Position numbers and translations under genes: made by a program. The notes beneath the pieces are model-generated. The model had not been told where the DNA came from. It saw nothing but the letters and a program-made list of their open reading frames with translations, and ran no database searches. Shown one piece after another: positions 17,524-27,037 of a DNA stretch of 64,000 bases (position 1 is the stretch's first letter; each line of letters begins with the position of its first letter). The stretch comes from Puniceicoccaceae bacterium (GTDB lineage: Bacteria; Verrucomicrobiota; Verrucomicrobiia; Opitutales; Oceanipulchritudinaceae), in assembly GCA_040830765.1 (NCBI GenBank), contig JBFOMH010000026.1, forward strand, positions 1 to 64,000, in the 5' to 3' direction.

Positions 17524-18078
17524 ATGACAGTAAGCCAAAGGCGACTGCCTCTTTCCCGTGGATTTTATGACCGCCCGACCCTCGAGGTGGCGGCGGAGCT
17601 CTTGAGCTGTTGCTTGTGCCGCAACATCAATGGCACGGTTCACCGATGGCAGATTACCGAGACGGAGGCCTATGACGGTCCGGAGGACAAGGCCTGCCAT
17701 GCCCACAAGGGGCGTACGCGTCGGACAGAGGTAATGTTCGGGCCGGCCGGTAACTGGTATGTCTACCTTTGTTATGGGGTCCATTGGATGCTCAATGTCG
17801 TTACGGGGCCAGTTGACTTTCCGGCTGCCGTGCTGATCCGTGGGGCCGGGGACTTGCATGGGCCCGGAAGGCTGACCAAGGCCTTGCAGATCACCGGGGA
17901 GTTGAACGGACAATCCGCGCTGGAAGCTGGGGAATTATGGATCGAAAGGGGAGTTACCGTAACGGCGGACCCCATAACAACGACTCCCCGGATCGGGGTG
18001 GCCTATGCCGGCCCGGACTGGTCACAACGGCCTTACCGCTTTATCCCCGGTGCGAGATTGGACTTGGCGCGAAAGTGA
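17524..18078 (+). CDS. mpg: DNA-3-methyladenine glycosylase (MPG/AAG family)
   Basis: ITETEAY, DKACHA, YVYLCYGVH, AVLIRG, GPGRLTKAL and TPRIGV motifs. Confidence 0.93.
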   Translation: MTVSQRRLPLSRGFYDRPTLEVAAELLSCCLCRNINGTVHRWQITETEAYDGPEDKACHAHKGRTRRTEVMFGPAGNWYVYLCYGVHWMLNVVTGPVDFPAAVLIRGAGDLHGPGRLTKALQITGELNGQSALEAGELWIERGVTVTADPITTTPRIGVAYAGPDWSQRPYRFIPGARLDLARK

Positions 18079-18112
18079 AGAGGGTGATTCCACGGCCCGA
18101 GCCGGGATGTGG

Positions 18113-19348
18113 TTAGATGAAGTCAATGGGGGGATGATGCTTCCCTAAAACAGGCGTGGGATCGGTCTCAAACCACTTCTCAATGACCGTGCTGTAGACG
18201 GATCGGAAATCCGTGGAGTAGGCGAGGTCCTTGTTCTTCTTGACCTTAAGGTCGGGAGCTTCCCCAAAAAGCGATCCCTTGAGCTGGCTGCCCATGATAA
18301 ACAACGGGGCTGCTGTTCCATGGTCCGTCCCGCCGGAAACATTTTCGCTGGGACGGCGGCCAAATTCGGAGAACGTCATCGTGAGAACCTGGTCATCTAG
18401 ACCATGGGCGACAAGGTCTGCCTGGAAGGCGGCCATGGCGGAGGAGAGCTGTTCCATCAGTTGCCGGTGCCGGAAAAGCTGGTTGGCGTGGGTGTCAAAG
18501 CCGCCCAGGGAGACGAAGTAGACCCGTGTCTCCTGACCGGAGGCAATCAGGGCCGCGACATTACGGAGATTGCGGGCCAGCGGATTTGCCGGGTAGGCGG
18601 CCATTGGCTGGTAGCCCCGGAGACGCTTGAGGACGGCACTTTCCGTAACCAGTGCGTTCATCAGCGTGTGCTGGAGGAAATTGGCATTCTCGCTCATGGA
18701 AAAATCTCCCCGGGCAATGGCCTCTTTCATGCCCTCCCCGGTTGTCCGGTTGCCACGACCGGTGTCGGCGAGGCTGAAGATGTTGTGCTCCCGGTCGCTG
18801 AGGAAAACATCCGGAAGCTCATTACCGATATTCAGGCCGAGGGGATCCGGCGTCGGGATACCCGCGCAGCAATTGTCGAAAAACCGACCCATCCAGCCGG
18901 TGGTTAGATAGTCGTCGCTCCCAGAGGCTGTTTCCCAAATCTCCATGGAACGGAAATGACTCCTGTTTGGATTGGGGTAGCCAACGTTCTGCACAATGGC
19001 TAGCTTACCCTCGTGGTAGAGCTGAGCCATTTCCCCGCAGGAGGGATGGAATCCGAGCTCGTCCGTGATCGGGTGCAGTTCGCTCTTCTGTAGTCCGAGT
19101 TTCGGCCTTAGTCGATAATAGTTATCGTCCTCAAAGGGGACGAGTGTATTCAATCCATCATTACCTCCCGCCAACTGGATAAGGACAAGGATGGTCCTGT
19201 CCTTCTCTGTATCCGGGACGCTGGCCCGTACGGACTGGGTCAGGAAGGCTGGGGCAACACTGCTGAACGCAACCAGCCCAAGCCCGGATGCCGATTGCTT
19301 GAGGAATTCCCTGCGTGTAGTGGGGTAGGTGACGGTAGAATCTGGCAT
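18113..19348 (-). CDS. DUF1501 family protein with twin-arginine (Tat) signal
   Basis: TRREFLK Tat motif. QLAGGNDGLNT, VGYPNPNRSHFRS, GGFDTHANQ, FSEFGRR, GTDHG and STDFRSVY motifs. Confidence 0.9.
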   Translation of the reverse strand: MPDSTVTYPTTRREFLKQSASGLGLVAFSSVAPAFLTQSVRASVPDTEKDRTILVLIQLAGGNDGLNTLVPFEDDNYYRLRPKLGLQKSELHPITDELGFHPSCGEMAQLYHEGKLAIVQNVGYPNPNRSHFRSMEIWETASGSDDYLTTGWMGRFFDNCCAGIPTPDPLGLNIGNELPDVFLSDREHNIFSLADTGRGNRTTGEGMKEAIARGDFSMSENANFLQHTLMNALVTESAVLKRLRGYQPMAAYPANPLARNLRNVAALIASGQETRVYFVSLGGFDTHANQLFRHRQLMEQLSSAMAAFQADLVAHGLDDQVLTMTFSEFGRRPSENVSGGTDHGTAAPLFIMGSQLKGSLFGEAPDLKVKKNKDLAYSTDFRSVYSTVIEKWFETDPTPVLGKHHPPIDFI

Positions 19349-19365
19349 GATGGCTTTCCTCGTTG

Positions 19366-20832
19366 TCAGCAAAGATGGTAGGGAGGGGCGGTCAAGGTGG
19401 CCGCAAGGCAGGCCGCTGCCCAACGGTACCCGCCCTGGTTGGTCTGAAGTTCAAGAAACATAGGCAGCAATGTTTCCGGCTGCGGGGTGACATGAAAGCG
19501 GTGGGCCAGGGTTTCGGCCAAATCACCTGGCTCCATTTCGGCTAACTTCAGGAGTTGCTCCCGGATCACTGTAAACCGGGCCCGGCCCTCTTTTTCCGCC
19601 TCCGCGAGTGCCTGCTTTTCGTCTGCGTTGAGGCGGTCGGTTGGCAAGGGCCGCAGAAGGGATTCCACAAACTGCCGCCGCGCAGCCAGGGTAGCTGAGT
19701 TAATCCAGTTCCGTCCACCCACCCAGCCGCGGACATTGGGCGGATTGTAAAATGGCTGGCCCATCGTCCTGAGGATATTGTTCGTTCGCCTGGGAGACGG
19801 AAACACATCCAGATCAAGGTCCTGCAGCAGCCCGAGATAGTATTGCACGGGAGACTTGATCATATTCCCCCGGAATCCTGGTTCATAGAAAACCCGGGAA
19901 CGAAAAAAGGTCATCACGAGGTAGGGTAGGGAATATCCCGATGCCCGCCAGGCTTCGGCCAGTGGTTTCAGCATGCGGCTTCCCAGTCCGTCCTCTGTCA
20001 GGTAATAGCGCGCCAACTCGTTGGGAAGGAATTCCGCTGCCGCCGGTTGCTTGAACACCAGCTCAATGACATCGTCTAGTTCAAAGGCCCCGGTCTCCCC
20101 GAAAATCGTCTTCGGGGTGGTATCGTGCCGCTGGCGGATAAACCGCACCTCATCCATCTGGTTGACAGTCCAACCGGTCATGGCCCGGGCGGCTTCCTTG
20201 ATGTCCTGTTCCGTATAGTTGCCTTCACCAAGGCAGAACAATTCCAACAGCTCGCGGGCAAAGTTCTCATTCGGGGAGCCTTTGCGACTTTGGTTCAGGT
20301 TGAGATAACGCATCATCGCTGGCGATACCGCCAGGTCGCGGCACATCTCAGGGTAGGTTTTTCCCAGGTTTCGTCGGATCCGTTCCTGGTATTCCATCAG
20401 GGTGGGGGTTCGCCTCACCCCCGCAAAGGCCACTACCCAGACGTCCTGGAAAAACAGCACCAGCTTCTCTTGTGCCGAGTTTCCGGGTTCACGCGCAAAG
20501 GCATACCAGTCCAGACCGTACTGGGCATAGGTCTGCCGGTTTTCCCACTGCAACTCCTGCCGCATCTCCCGCTTTTCCTGCGGACTGCTCCCTTGCAACT
20601 CCTTGTAGCGCGCGCCTATGCTCGTCCGCATCTCCGTCACCTCCCCACGGTCCGTAAAGGGCTCAATCTTTCCCAATAGCTTCCCCAGACTGCCCTCAGG
20701 GCCCCATTCATAAACCTGCTTCACCAGCGCCGGATTGAGCGAAAAGCCCAGCCGTATGGCCAGGTGTCGCGCTGTCTCAACAGTCCACTCCTCCTCTGGT
20801 AACGGTTCCCAAGCAGTTTCCGGTGTTAACAT
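19366..20832 (-). CDS. DUF1800 family protein
   Basis: ARHLAIRLGF, PAMMRYLN, PNENFARELLELFCLG, YTEQDIKEAARAMTGW, IKSP and MGQPFYNPPNVRGW motifs. Canonical partner of DUF1501. Confidence 0.9.
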   Translation of the reverse strand: MLTPETAWEPLPEEEWTVETARHLAIRLGFSLNPALVKQVYEWGPEGSLGKLLGKIEPFTDRGEVTEMRTSIGARYKELQGSSPQEKREMRQELQWENRQTYAQYGLDWYAFAREPGNSAQEKLVLFFQDVWVVAFAGVRRTPTLMEYQERIRRNLGKTYPEMCRDLAVSPAMMRYLNLNQSRKGSPNENFARELLELFCLGEGNYTEQDIKEAARAMTGWTVNQMDEVRFIRQRHDTTPKTIFGETGAFELDDVIELVFKQPAAAEFLPNELARYYLTEDGLGSRMLKPLAEAWRASGYSLPYLVMTFFRSRVFYEPGFRGNMIKSPVQYYLGLLQDLDLDVFPSPRRTNNILRTMGQPFYNPPNVRGWVGGRNWINSATLAARRQFVESLLRPLPTDRLNADEKQALAEAEKEGRARFTVIREQLLKLAEMEPGDLAETLAHRFHVTPQPETLLPMFLELQTNQGGYRWAAACLAATLTAPPYHLC

Positions 20833-20904
20833 GTGTTTCCCTACTGGAAAATGACTTATCAATTCCTCTCTCTCCTGTAAAGTCCGCGGCACCCTCCTTC
20901 TTAA

Positions 20905-20918
20905 TTAATAATTATTAA
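20905..20918. promoter_or_regulatory. Perfect 14-bp AT-only palindrome TTAATAATTATTAA in divergent promoter (candidate operator)
   Basis: Self-complementary and strongly AT-rich against a GC-rich background. It lies between the DUF1800 start and the sugar-acid operon start. Confidence 0.4.
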
Positions 20919-20960
20919 ATTTGCTTGCCTTAGGTGGTGGGGAAATCTCACATTGGAGCA

Positions 20961-21947
20961 ATGAAGTTAGGACGAAGTGACTTGGAGGTATCGCGCTTAA
21001 CACTGGGGACCTGGGCCTTTGCCGGGGGGCAGATCTGGGGGGAGCAGGAGCTGCGGGAGTCGGTATCGACGGTGCATGCGGCCTTGGAGGCGGGAATCAA
21101 TTTTTTCGACACGGCACCGGCCTACGGGGCGGGCAAATCGGAAGAAGTCCTGGGTGAAGCCTTGAAGGGGCGGCGCGGGGAAGCGGTGGTCGCGACGAAA
21201 GTCTCGACCGGACAGCAGAGCCGGGAAGCGCTCTTGAAATCGTGTGAGGAGAGCCTGGAGCGCCTGCAGACGGACTACATTGACCTGTTGCAGGTGCACT
21301 GGCCAAGCCCGGACGTTCCCTTTGCGGAAACAGTGGCGGCTTTTGCGGAACTGAAGCATGCGGGGAAGATCCGCTACGCCGGGGTGTGTAATTTCAGTGC
21401 CAAGGACATCAGCCGCTGGCTGGACGCTGGCGGGGAGATGGTGACCAACCAGCTCCCGTATTCGCTCCTGACGCGGGCCATTGAATTTGACATCATCCCT
21501 GCCTGTGAGAAGCGGGGTATTGCCACCTTGCCCTACAGTCCGCTGATGCAGGGACTGCTGACGGGTAAGTTCAAGACACCGGATGATGTACCGGACGGAC
21601 GATCACGCAGCCGGCACTTCCGTCCGGATCGGCCGATGGCACGGCATGGTGAGCCGGGATGCGAAGCGGAGACCTTCGCGGCGATCGAACAGGTCGGGGA
21701 AGTTGCGCAAGCCGCTGGCCAGCCGATGGACGCGGTGGCCCTGGCCTGGGTCCTGGCCCAGCCGACCGTGGGAAGCGTCATCTTCGGGGCGCGGACAGTG
21801 GAGCAACTGAAAGCCAATACCCTGGGCCTGGAAATTGAGTTATCCGATGATGTTCTCCAGGAACTGACAAAGGCGACCGCTGAAGTGAAGGAATTGCTGG
21901 GCGCCAATCCCGACATCTGGGAGAATCCGAGCCGCTTTAATCTTTAA
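20961..21947 (+). CDS. Aldo/keto reductase
   Basis: LGTWAF, FFDTAPAYG, ATKV, DYIDLLQVHWP, GVCNF and YSPLMQGLLTGK motifs. Confidence 0.92.
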   Translation: MKLGRSDLEVSRLTLGTWAFAGGQIWGEQELRESVSTVHAALEAGINFFDTAPAYGAGKSEEVLGEALKGRRGEAVVATKVSTGQQSREALLKSCEESLERLQTDYIDLLQVHWPSPDVPFAETVAAFAELKHAGKIRYAGVCNFSAKDISRWLDAGGEMVTNQLPYSLLTRAIEFDIIPACEKRGIATLPYSPLMQGLLTGKFKTPDDVPDGRSRSRHFRPDRPMARHGEPGCEAETFAAIEQVGEVAQAAGQPMDAVALAWVLAQPTVGSVIFGARTVEQLKANTLGLEIELSDDVLQELTKATAEVKELLGANPDIWENPSRFNL

Positions 21948-21951
21948 TACC

Positions 21952-22977
21952 ATGAAAGCCATATTGCTGAAAGAGCCCGGACAATTTGAACCGGTCGAAC
22001 TCCCCGAGCCCGACTCCGCTGAATTGGGGGATGACGAAGCATTAGTCCAGATATGCCATGTCGGCCTGTGCGGGACAGACATCCATGCCTATCATGGTAA
22101 TCAACCGTTTTTCACCTACCCGAGAATCCTTGGCCATGAATTGGGGGTGGAAGTCATTGCCACGGGCAGTGAGCACCCTCATTTGCAGCCGGGGACCCGC
22201 TGTTGTGTGGAGGCCTACCTGTGTGAGCCGGGTGATCAGGCTTACCGGAGAGGGAAAACCAACTGCACCTCAACGACCAAGTGTCTCGGGGTGCATGTTG
22301 ACGGGGGCATGCGGGAACGGATGGTCTTGCCGGTTGACAAGCTTCACCCTTCCACGCTGTCGACCCGTGACCTGGCCCTGGTGGAGCCACTCTGCATCGG
22401 CCATCATGCCGTGGAACGGGCGGCATTGCTGGGAGACGAGACAGTGGCCGTGATCGGCCTCGGACCGATCGGGCTTGGGGTGGTCCAGTTCGCCCTTTTG
22501 CAGGGCGCGCAGGTGGTAGCCATGGACATTTCCCCGGAGCGATTAGCAACTTGTGCGGATTTCTACCCGGGAGTCCGGACTTTGCAGGTCGATCCCCAAC
22601 GTTCCATTCTAGAAAACTGGGAGGCCAGTGGTTTGGAACTACCCGAGGTGGTTTGGGATTGTACGGGAAACAAGCATTCCATGGAGGCCGCCATTGGGCT
22701 GCCGGCCAATGGCGGGAGGATCGTCATGGTCGGTATCTACAATGGGGATTTGTCCTTTTCGGACCCGGACTTTCACCGGCGCGAGTTGTCAATCCTGGCA
22801 ACCCGCAACGCGACGGCTTCGAACTTCCGCGAAGTCGTGCGCCTCATGGAGAGTGGTGAGGTCAGGACTGAGCCGTGGATAACCCATGAATGTAAAGCGG
22901 AGGAGTTTCCTTTCATCATTAATGAGTGGCTGGCTCCGGATTCCGGTCTACTGAAAGGTGTTATCCAGTTTAAGTAA
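21952..22977 (+). CDS. Zn-dependent sugar-acid/polyol dehydrogenase (LgoD/YjjN-like MDR)
   Basis: GLCGTDIH, YPRILGHE, LGVHVDGGM, LVEPL, GLGPIG and FHRRELSILATRNA motifs. Confidence 0.85.
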   Translation: MKAILLKEPGQFEPVELPEPDSAELGDDEALVQICHVGLCGTDIHAYHGNQPFFTYPRILGHELGVEVIATGSEHPHLQPGTRCCVEAYLCEPGDQAYRRGKTNCTSTTKCLGVHVDGGMRERMVLPVDKLHPSTLSTRDLALVEPLCIGHHAVERAALLGDETVAVIGLGPIGLGVVQFALLQGAQVVAMDISPERLATCADFYPGVRTLQVDPQRSILENWEASGLELPEVVWDCTGNKHSMEAAIGLPANGGRIVMVGIYNGDLSFSDPDFHRRELSILATRNATASNFREVVRLMESGEVRTEPWITHECKAEEFPFIINEWLAPDSGLLKGVIQFK

Positions 22978-22985
22978 TAAATAAT

Positions 22986-23759
22986 ATGAGCAATTTAACA
23001 TCCCTCTATTCACTTGAAGGAAAGACAGCGCTGGTAACAGGCGGTTATCGAGGGCTGGGACTGTCGATTTCCCGCGGCCTTGCCGGGGCTGGCGCGAAGA
23101 TTATCCTCAACGGGCGTTCGGCGGATGGCGTTGAAGCCGCCGTTGAGGGCTTGCGCAAGGAAGGTTACGATGCCCATGGGGCACCCTTTGATATCACTGA
23201 TGAGAAGGCGGTAGGTCAAAGTATCGAAAATTTGACGACAAATATCGGGCCAATCGACATCCTCGTCAACAATGCGGGCATCCAAAAGCGGCATAAGCTT
23301 GAGGAAATGCCAGTCGAGGATTTCCGGACCGTCCTTGAGGTCAACCTGACGGCGGCCTTCATCGTGGCCAAGGCAGTGGTTCCCGGCATGATGGAACGGG
23401 AAGGGGGCAAGGTTATCAATATCTGTTCCCTGATGTCTGATTTGGCCCGGCCTACAACCGGCAATTATGCTGCCGCCAAGGGCGGCCTGCGCATGTTGAC
23501 CCGGGCCATGGCCGGGGAGTGGGCCTCCAGCAACATACAGGTCAACGGGATTGGACCCGGTTACTTTGCCACCGAAATGACCCAGAAATTGAAGGATGAT
23601 CCCGACTTCAACAGCTGGATTTGTGGCCGCACCCCGGCTGGGCGCTGGGGAATGCCGGAGGAGTTGCAGGGCTTGGCGGTCTTTCTTGCCAGTGGGGCTT
23701 CATCCTTTGTCAACGGGCAGGTCATCTTTGTCGATGGCGGACTGACTGCAGTGATTTGA
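22986..23759 (+). CDS. Gluconate 5-dehydrogenase-like SDR (IdnO/KduD group)
   Basis: LVNNAGIQKR, INICSLMS, YAAAKGGL, NGIGPGYFATE and RTPAGRWG motifs. Confidence 0.88.
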   Translation: MSNLTSLYSLEGKTALVTGGYRGLGLSISRGLAGAGAKIILNGRSADGVEAAVEGLRKEGYDAHGAPFDITDEKAVGQSIENLTTNIGPIDILVNNAGIQKRHKLEEMPVEDFRTVLEVNLTAAFIVAKAVVPGMMEREGGKVINICSLMSDLARPTTGNYAAAKGGLRMLTRAMAGEWASSNIQVNGIGPGYFATEMTQKLKDDPDFNSWICGRTPAGRWGMPEELQGLAVFLASGASSFVNGQVIFVDGGLTAVI

Positions 23760-23765
23760 TTAAAC

Positions 23766-24575
23766 ATGCAAGAGAATCGCATTACTGTATTCACCAAGCC
23801 ATGGCAGGAACTTTCCCTGGAGGAATTGGCTGACAAGATCCAGGCACTGGGTTTTGACGGGATTGAATTGCCGGTTCGTCCCGGCTTCCAGGTTGAGCCG
23901 GAGTCCGTCCACGAGCAGCTCCCCGTTGCGGTAAAGGTCTTTGCTGATAGGGGATTGAGGATAGAAAGCGTTGCTTCCCAGGCCACCCCAGAGGTAATTG
24001 AGGCCTGTCATCGGGCAGGCGTACCGATGGTTCGTGTCATGCTGCCGATCAATCCGGAGGCAGGGTATCGTGAGTCAGTTAAGGCCTTTCAGACAAATTG
24101 CCTCGCACTGGAACCTCTCTTGAAGGATGGCCCGGTAACGGTGGGCGTGCAGAATCACTGTGGAAACTTTGTGGGAACAGCAGTTGGATTAATGGAAGCC
24201 TTGGCCCCGTTGCCGGAAAGCTTTGTTGCGGTTCTCGACTTTGCCCATACTTCCCTGGCCGGGGAACCAGAACCGTATGCCATGGAGTTAGCCCTGCCGC
24301 GGCTAGGCCTGGTTAATTTGAAAAACGCCCGCCCGGTTGTCCGGACGGTGGATGAACAGGGTGAGGCGAAGTGGGATCGCCAGTGGGTCGGGGCCAAGGA
24401 GGGGCTTACCTCATGGTCAACTGTCGTGGATTTGCTCCGCAGGCACAACTATCAAGGCTCCATCTGCCTCACCTGTGAATACCGTGCCGAGGATTTGAGC
24501 GGCCTCAAGGGGGACGCGGTCCTGCCTCTGATAAGTGAGGACCTGCAGTACCTGAAGGCCCTCCTGAAGCGTTAA
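23766..24575 (+). CDS. Sugar phosphate isomerase/epimerase family (xylose-isomerase-like TIM barrel)
   Basis: VFTKPW, GFDGIEL-PVRPG, QNH, DFAH, LKN and YQGSICLTCEY motifs. Confidence 0.75.
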   Translation: MQENRITVFTKPWQELSLEELADKIQALGFDGIELPVRPGFQVEPESVHEQLPVAVKVFADRGLRIESVASQATPEVIEACHRAGVPMVRVMLPINPEAGYRESVKAFQTNCLALEPLLKDGPVTVGVQNHCGNFVGTAVGLMEALAPLPESFVAVLDFAHTSLAGEPEPYAMELALPRLGLVNLKNARPVVRTVDEQGEAKWDRQWVGAKEGLTSWSTVVDLLRRHNYQGSICLTCEYRAEDLSGLKGDAVLPLISEDLQYLKALLKR

Positions 24576-24592
24576 TCTCAGCAATTTCAATC

Positions 24593-25654
24593 ATGAATCT
24601 ACCTACAACGAGAAAGGTACTGGCTGTCCATGGAGATGGCCAGTTGAGGCGTATCGAAGAATCCATGCCCGAACTGGGCAAGGGAATGGTGATGGTCAAG
24701 ACCGGGGCCTCGCTGGTCAGCCCGGGATCGGAATTTGGCGGTGGCTGGATTGCCCTGCGCCAAATGCAGATCCATCCGGAGGAACGTCCGCCCAAGCCGT
24801 TTGGTTACAGTAGCGGAGGAACGGTGGTCACCCTTGGGGAGGGCGTAGACAGGTTTAAGCAAGGGGATCGCGTTTGCTGTATTGGGGCCAGGTATGCCCA
24901 ACACGCGGATTATTCAGTAGTTCCGCAAAACATGGTCTTCCCGATTCCCGAAAGCATGACCTTTGCCCAGGCCAGCTATGCCATGTTGCTGGGTACAGGC
25001 CTGCAGGCCTTGAGGCGGGGTAAACCCGAGATGGGCGAGTACGTGGCGGTTGTCGGACTTGGACTGGTGGGGCTGTTGACGGCGCGTCTGGCAGAGCTTG
25101 CCGGTTGCCGGGTGATCGGATGGGACACCAGTCCGGAGCGTCTGGCCTATGCCGCGAAACTGGGCATTGAAGCAACCGTTCAGGTGGGGAAGGAAGATCC
25201 CGTTGACAAGACAATGGAATTCACGGGTGGTCATGGCCTGGACCATGGCGTGATTGCCCTCGGAGGGGATGCCAGCCGGCCTTATGACAGCTTGATGGAA
25301 TGCATGAAGGTTTCGCCGGACGGCCATGCTTATGGCAATATCACCATCGTTGGGGGAGCGGACTTTCACTACAAGAAGAACCTCTCCAATGTTAATATTG
25401 TCCGCTCTTCCCGAACGGGACCGGGATACCACGACAAGGCGTGGGAGAGGGGAGCCAGCTATCCGCCGGTTTTCGTCCGCTGGGACACCGGAAGGAATAT
25501 CGAGTATTGTCTGGAATTGGTTTCAAACGGACGGATCAATGTGGACGCCTTAACGACACACACAATCCCCTTCGAGAAGGTGGAAGAACAGACAACTGAA
25601 GCCACTTTGAATCCGGAGACCATCCTTGGAATGGTCTTTGAAATGGATAATTAA
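24593..25654 (+). CDS. MDR-family dehydrogenase (SLxSPGxE type, no classical catalytic Zn Cys/His)
   Basis: SLVSPGSE, GYSSGG, GLGLVG, SSRTGPGYHD and VRWDTGRN patterns. Confidence 0.8.
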   Translation: MNLPTTRKVLAVHGDGQLRRIEESMPELGKGMVMVKTGASLVSPGSEFGGGWIALRQMQIHPEERPPKPFGYSSGGTVVTLGEGVDRFKQGDRVCCIGARYAQHADYSVVPQNMVFPIPESMTFAQASYAMLLGTGLQALRRGKPEMGEYVAVVGLGLVGLLTARLAELAGCRVIGWDTSPERLAYAAKLGIEATVQVGKEDPVDKTMEFTGGHGLDHGVIALGGDASRPYDSLMECMKVSPDGHAYGNITIVGGADFHYKKNLSNVNIVRSSRTGPGYHDKAWERGASYPPVFVRWDTGRNIEYCLELVSNGRINVDALTTHTIPFEKVEEQTTEATLNPETILGMVFEMDN

Positions 25655-25660
25655 TGACTC

Positions 25661-27037
25661 ATGGCGGGTGACGGCAACAGCAAGGCGGTACGGATCAAGG
25701 ATGTGGAGCTGCACTTCCTTCCTGTAAAGGCACGCACGCCCTACAAGTTTGGCCAATACTCGTTGGAAAGTGTCACCTGTGCCCGCGTTGCGGTTACCGT
25801 TGAGCGAAATGATGGCCAAACGGCAACCGGTTGGGGGGAGACGCCCCTGAGTGTCGGTTGGGCCTGGCCAGGCGGGGATGCCATGGAGCGCTTGCAGGCC
25901 ATGGAAATCCTGTGCCGGAATTTTGCCCGGGAACTGCCTGCCTTTGCTGAACAAGGGCACCCAATGGAAATCAGTATGGCCTTTCAGGAGGCCAACCAAT
26001 TCGACTTGGGAGAAGCTGGTATAGGAATGCCATACCTGCCTGCCCTGGTCTGTTTTTCGGCCTTCGATCTTGCTTTGTATGATGCCTTTGGCCGGGTGCA
26101 TGGTGTGCCAGTGTTCGAGGCCTTGGGGAGGGATTGGATGAGCCGTGATTTGAGCCACTACCTGGAGGCGGACCCCGACGCGGAGACAGACTTCAAGAAT
26201 ACCTTTCCGGATACCTTTCTCCAGCATCCCCCCGCACAGCGCCTGCCGGCGTGGCATTCGGTGGGGGCGGGGGATTGCCTCCAGCCGGAAGACCTGACCG
26301 GTTCCGAACCGGATGACGGATATCCCAATACCCTGGTCGACTGGATTCGGCGGGATGGCATCCGTTGTCTGAAGATCAAGCTGACCGGCAAGGAGTATGC
26401 CTGGGACCTGCAGCGGATTATTGACATTGGTAAAATTGCCCAGGTGGAAAACTGCGACTGGCTTTGCGCCGACTACAACTCGACTGTAGCGGAAGTTGAC
26501 TACGTGGTCGATATGCTTGGGGTGCTCAAGGCCGACCATCCGGAAACCTACGCAAGGCTCCTCTATGTCGAACAGCCCTTTCATTATGAAATGGAGGACA
26601 GTCCCGCCGACGTTCATCCGGTATCCTCGCTCAAACCCCTTTACATGGATGAGAGCGCCCACGACTGGAGATTGGTCCGCGAGGGACGCCGTCGCGGTTG
26701 GAACGGGGTCGCCCTGAAGACTTGCAAAACGCTTAGCAGCGCGCTCCTGATGCTGGCCTGGTCAAGGGCGCACGGATTGCCCCTGATGGTCCAGGACCTG
26801 ACCAATCCACGCTTGGCCCAGGTTACCCATGCCCTGCTGGCTGCTCATGCTGGTACGGTCATGGGACTGGAAACCAATTCCATGCAGTTTTACCCGGAGG
26901 CCTCGAGCGAGGAGGCAAAGGTCCATCCAGGACTATTCAACCGGGTGGACGGCCACCTTGACCTCTCGACGCTCCAGGGACCCGGTTTTGGGTACGGGCC
27001 GATTACCCGGCTCCACCTTCTGGATGCGCAGGAATGA
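25661..27037 (+). CDS. Enolase-superfamily (mandelate racemase/muconate lactonising-like) probable acid-sugar dehydratase
   Basis: GWGETPLS, AFDLALYDAFG, KxK motif CLKIKL, metal ligands ADYN / YVEQP / MDESAH, and ALKTCK. Confidence 0.8.
   Translation: MAGDGNSKAVRIKDVELHFLPVKARTPYKFGQYSLESVTCARVAVTVERNDGQTATGWGETPLSVGWAWPGGDAMERLQAMEILCRNFARELPAFAEQGHPMEISMAFQEANQFDLGEAGIGMPYLPALVCFSAFDLALYDAFGRVHGVPVFEALGRDWMSRDLSHYLEADPDAETDFKNTFPDTFLQHPPAQRLPAWHSVGAGDCLQPEDLTGSEPDDGYPNTLVDWIRRDGIRCLKIKLTGKEYAWDLQRIIDIGKIAQVENCDWLCADYNSTVAEVDYVVDMLGVLKADHPETYARLLYVEQPFHYEMEDSPADVHPVSSLKPLYMDESAHDWRLVREGRRRGWNGVALKTCKTLSSALLMLAWSRAHGLPLMVQDLTNPRLAQVTHALLAAHAGTVMGLETNSMQFYPEASSEEAKVHPGLFNRVDGHLDLSTLQGPGFGYGPITRLHLLDAQE

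Noticed and set aside
25550..26662. 370-aa minus-strand ORF
   Set aside because: Antisense to the enolase-superfamily gene; typical GC-rich shadow frame.
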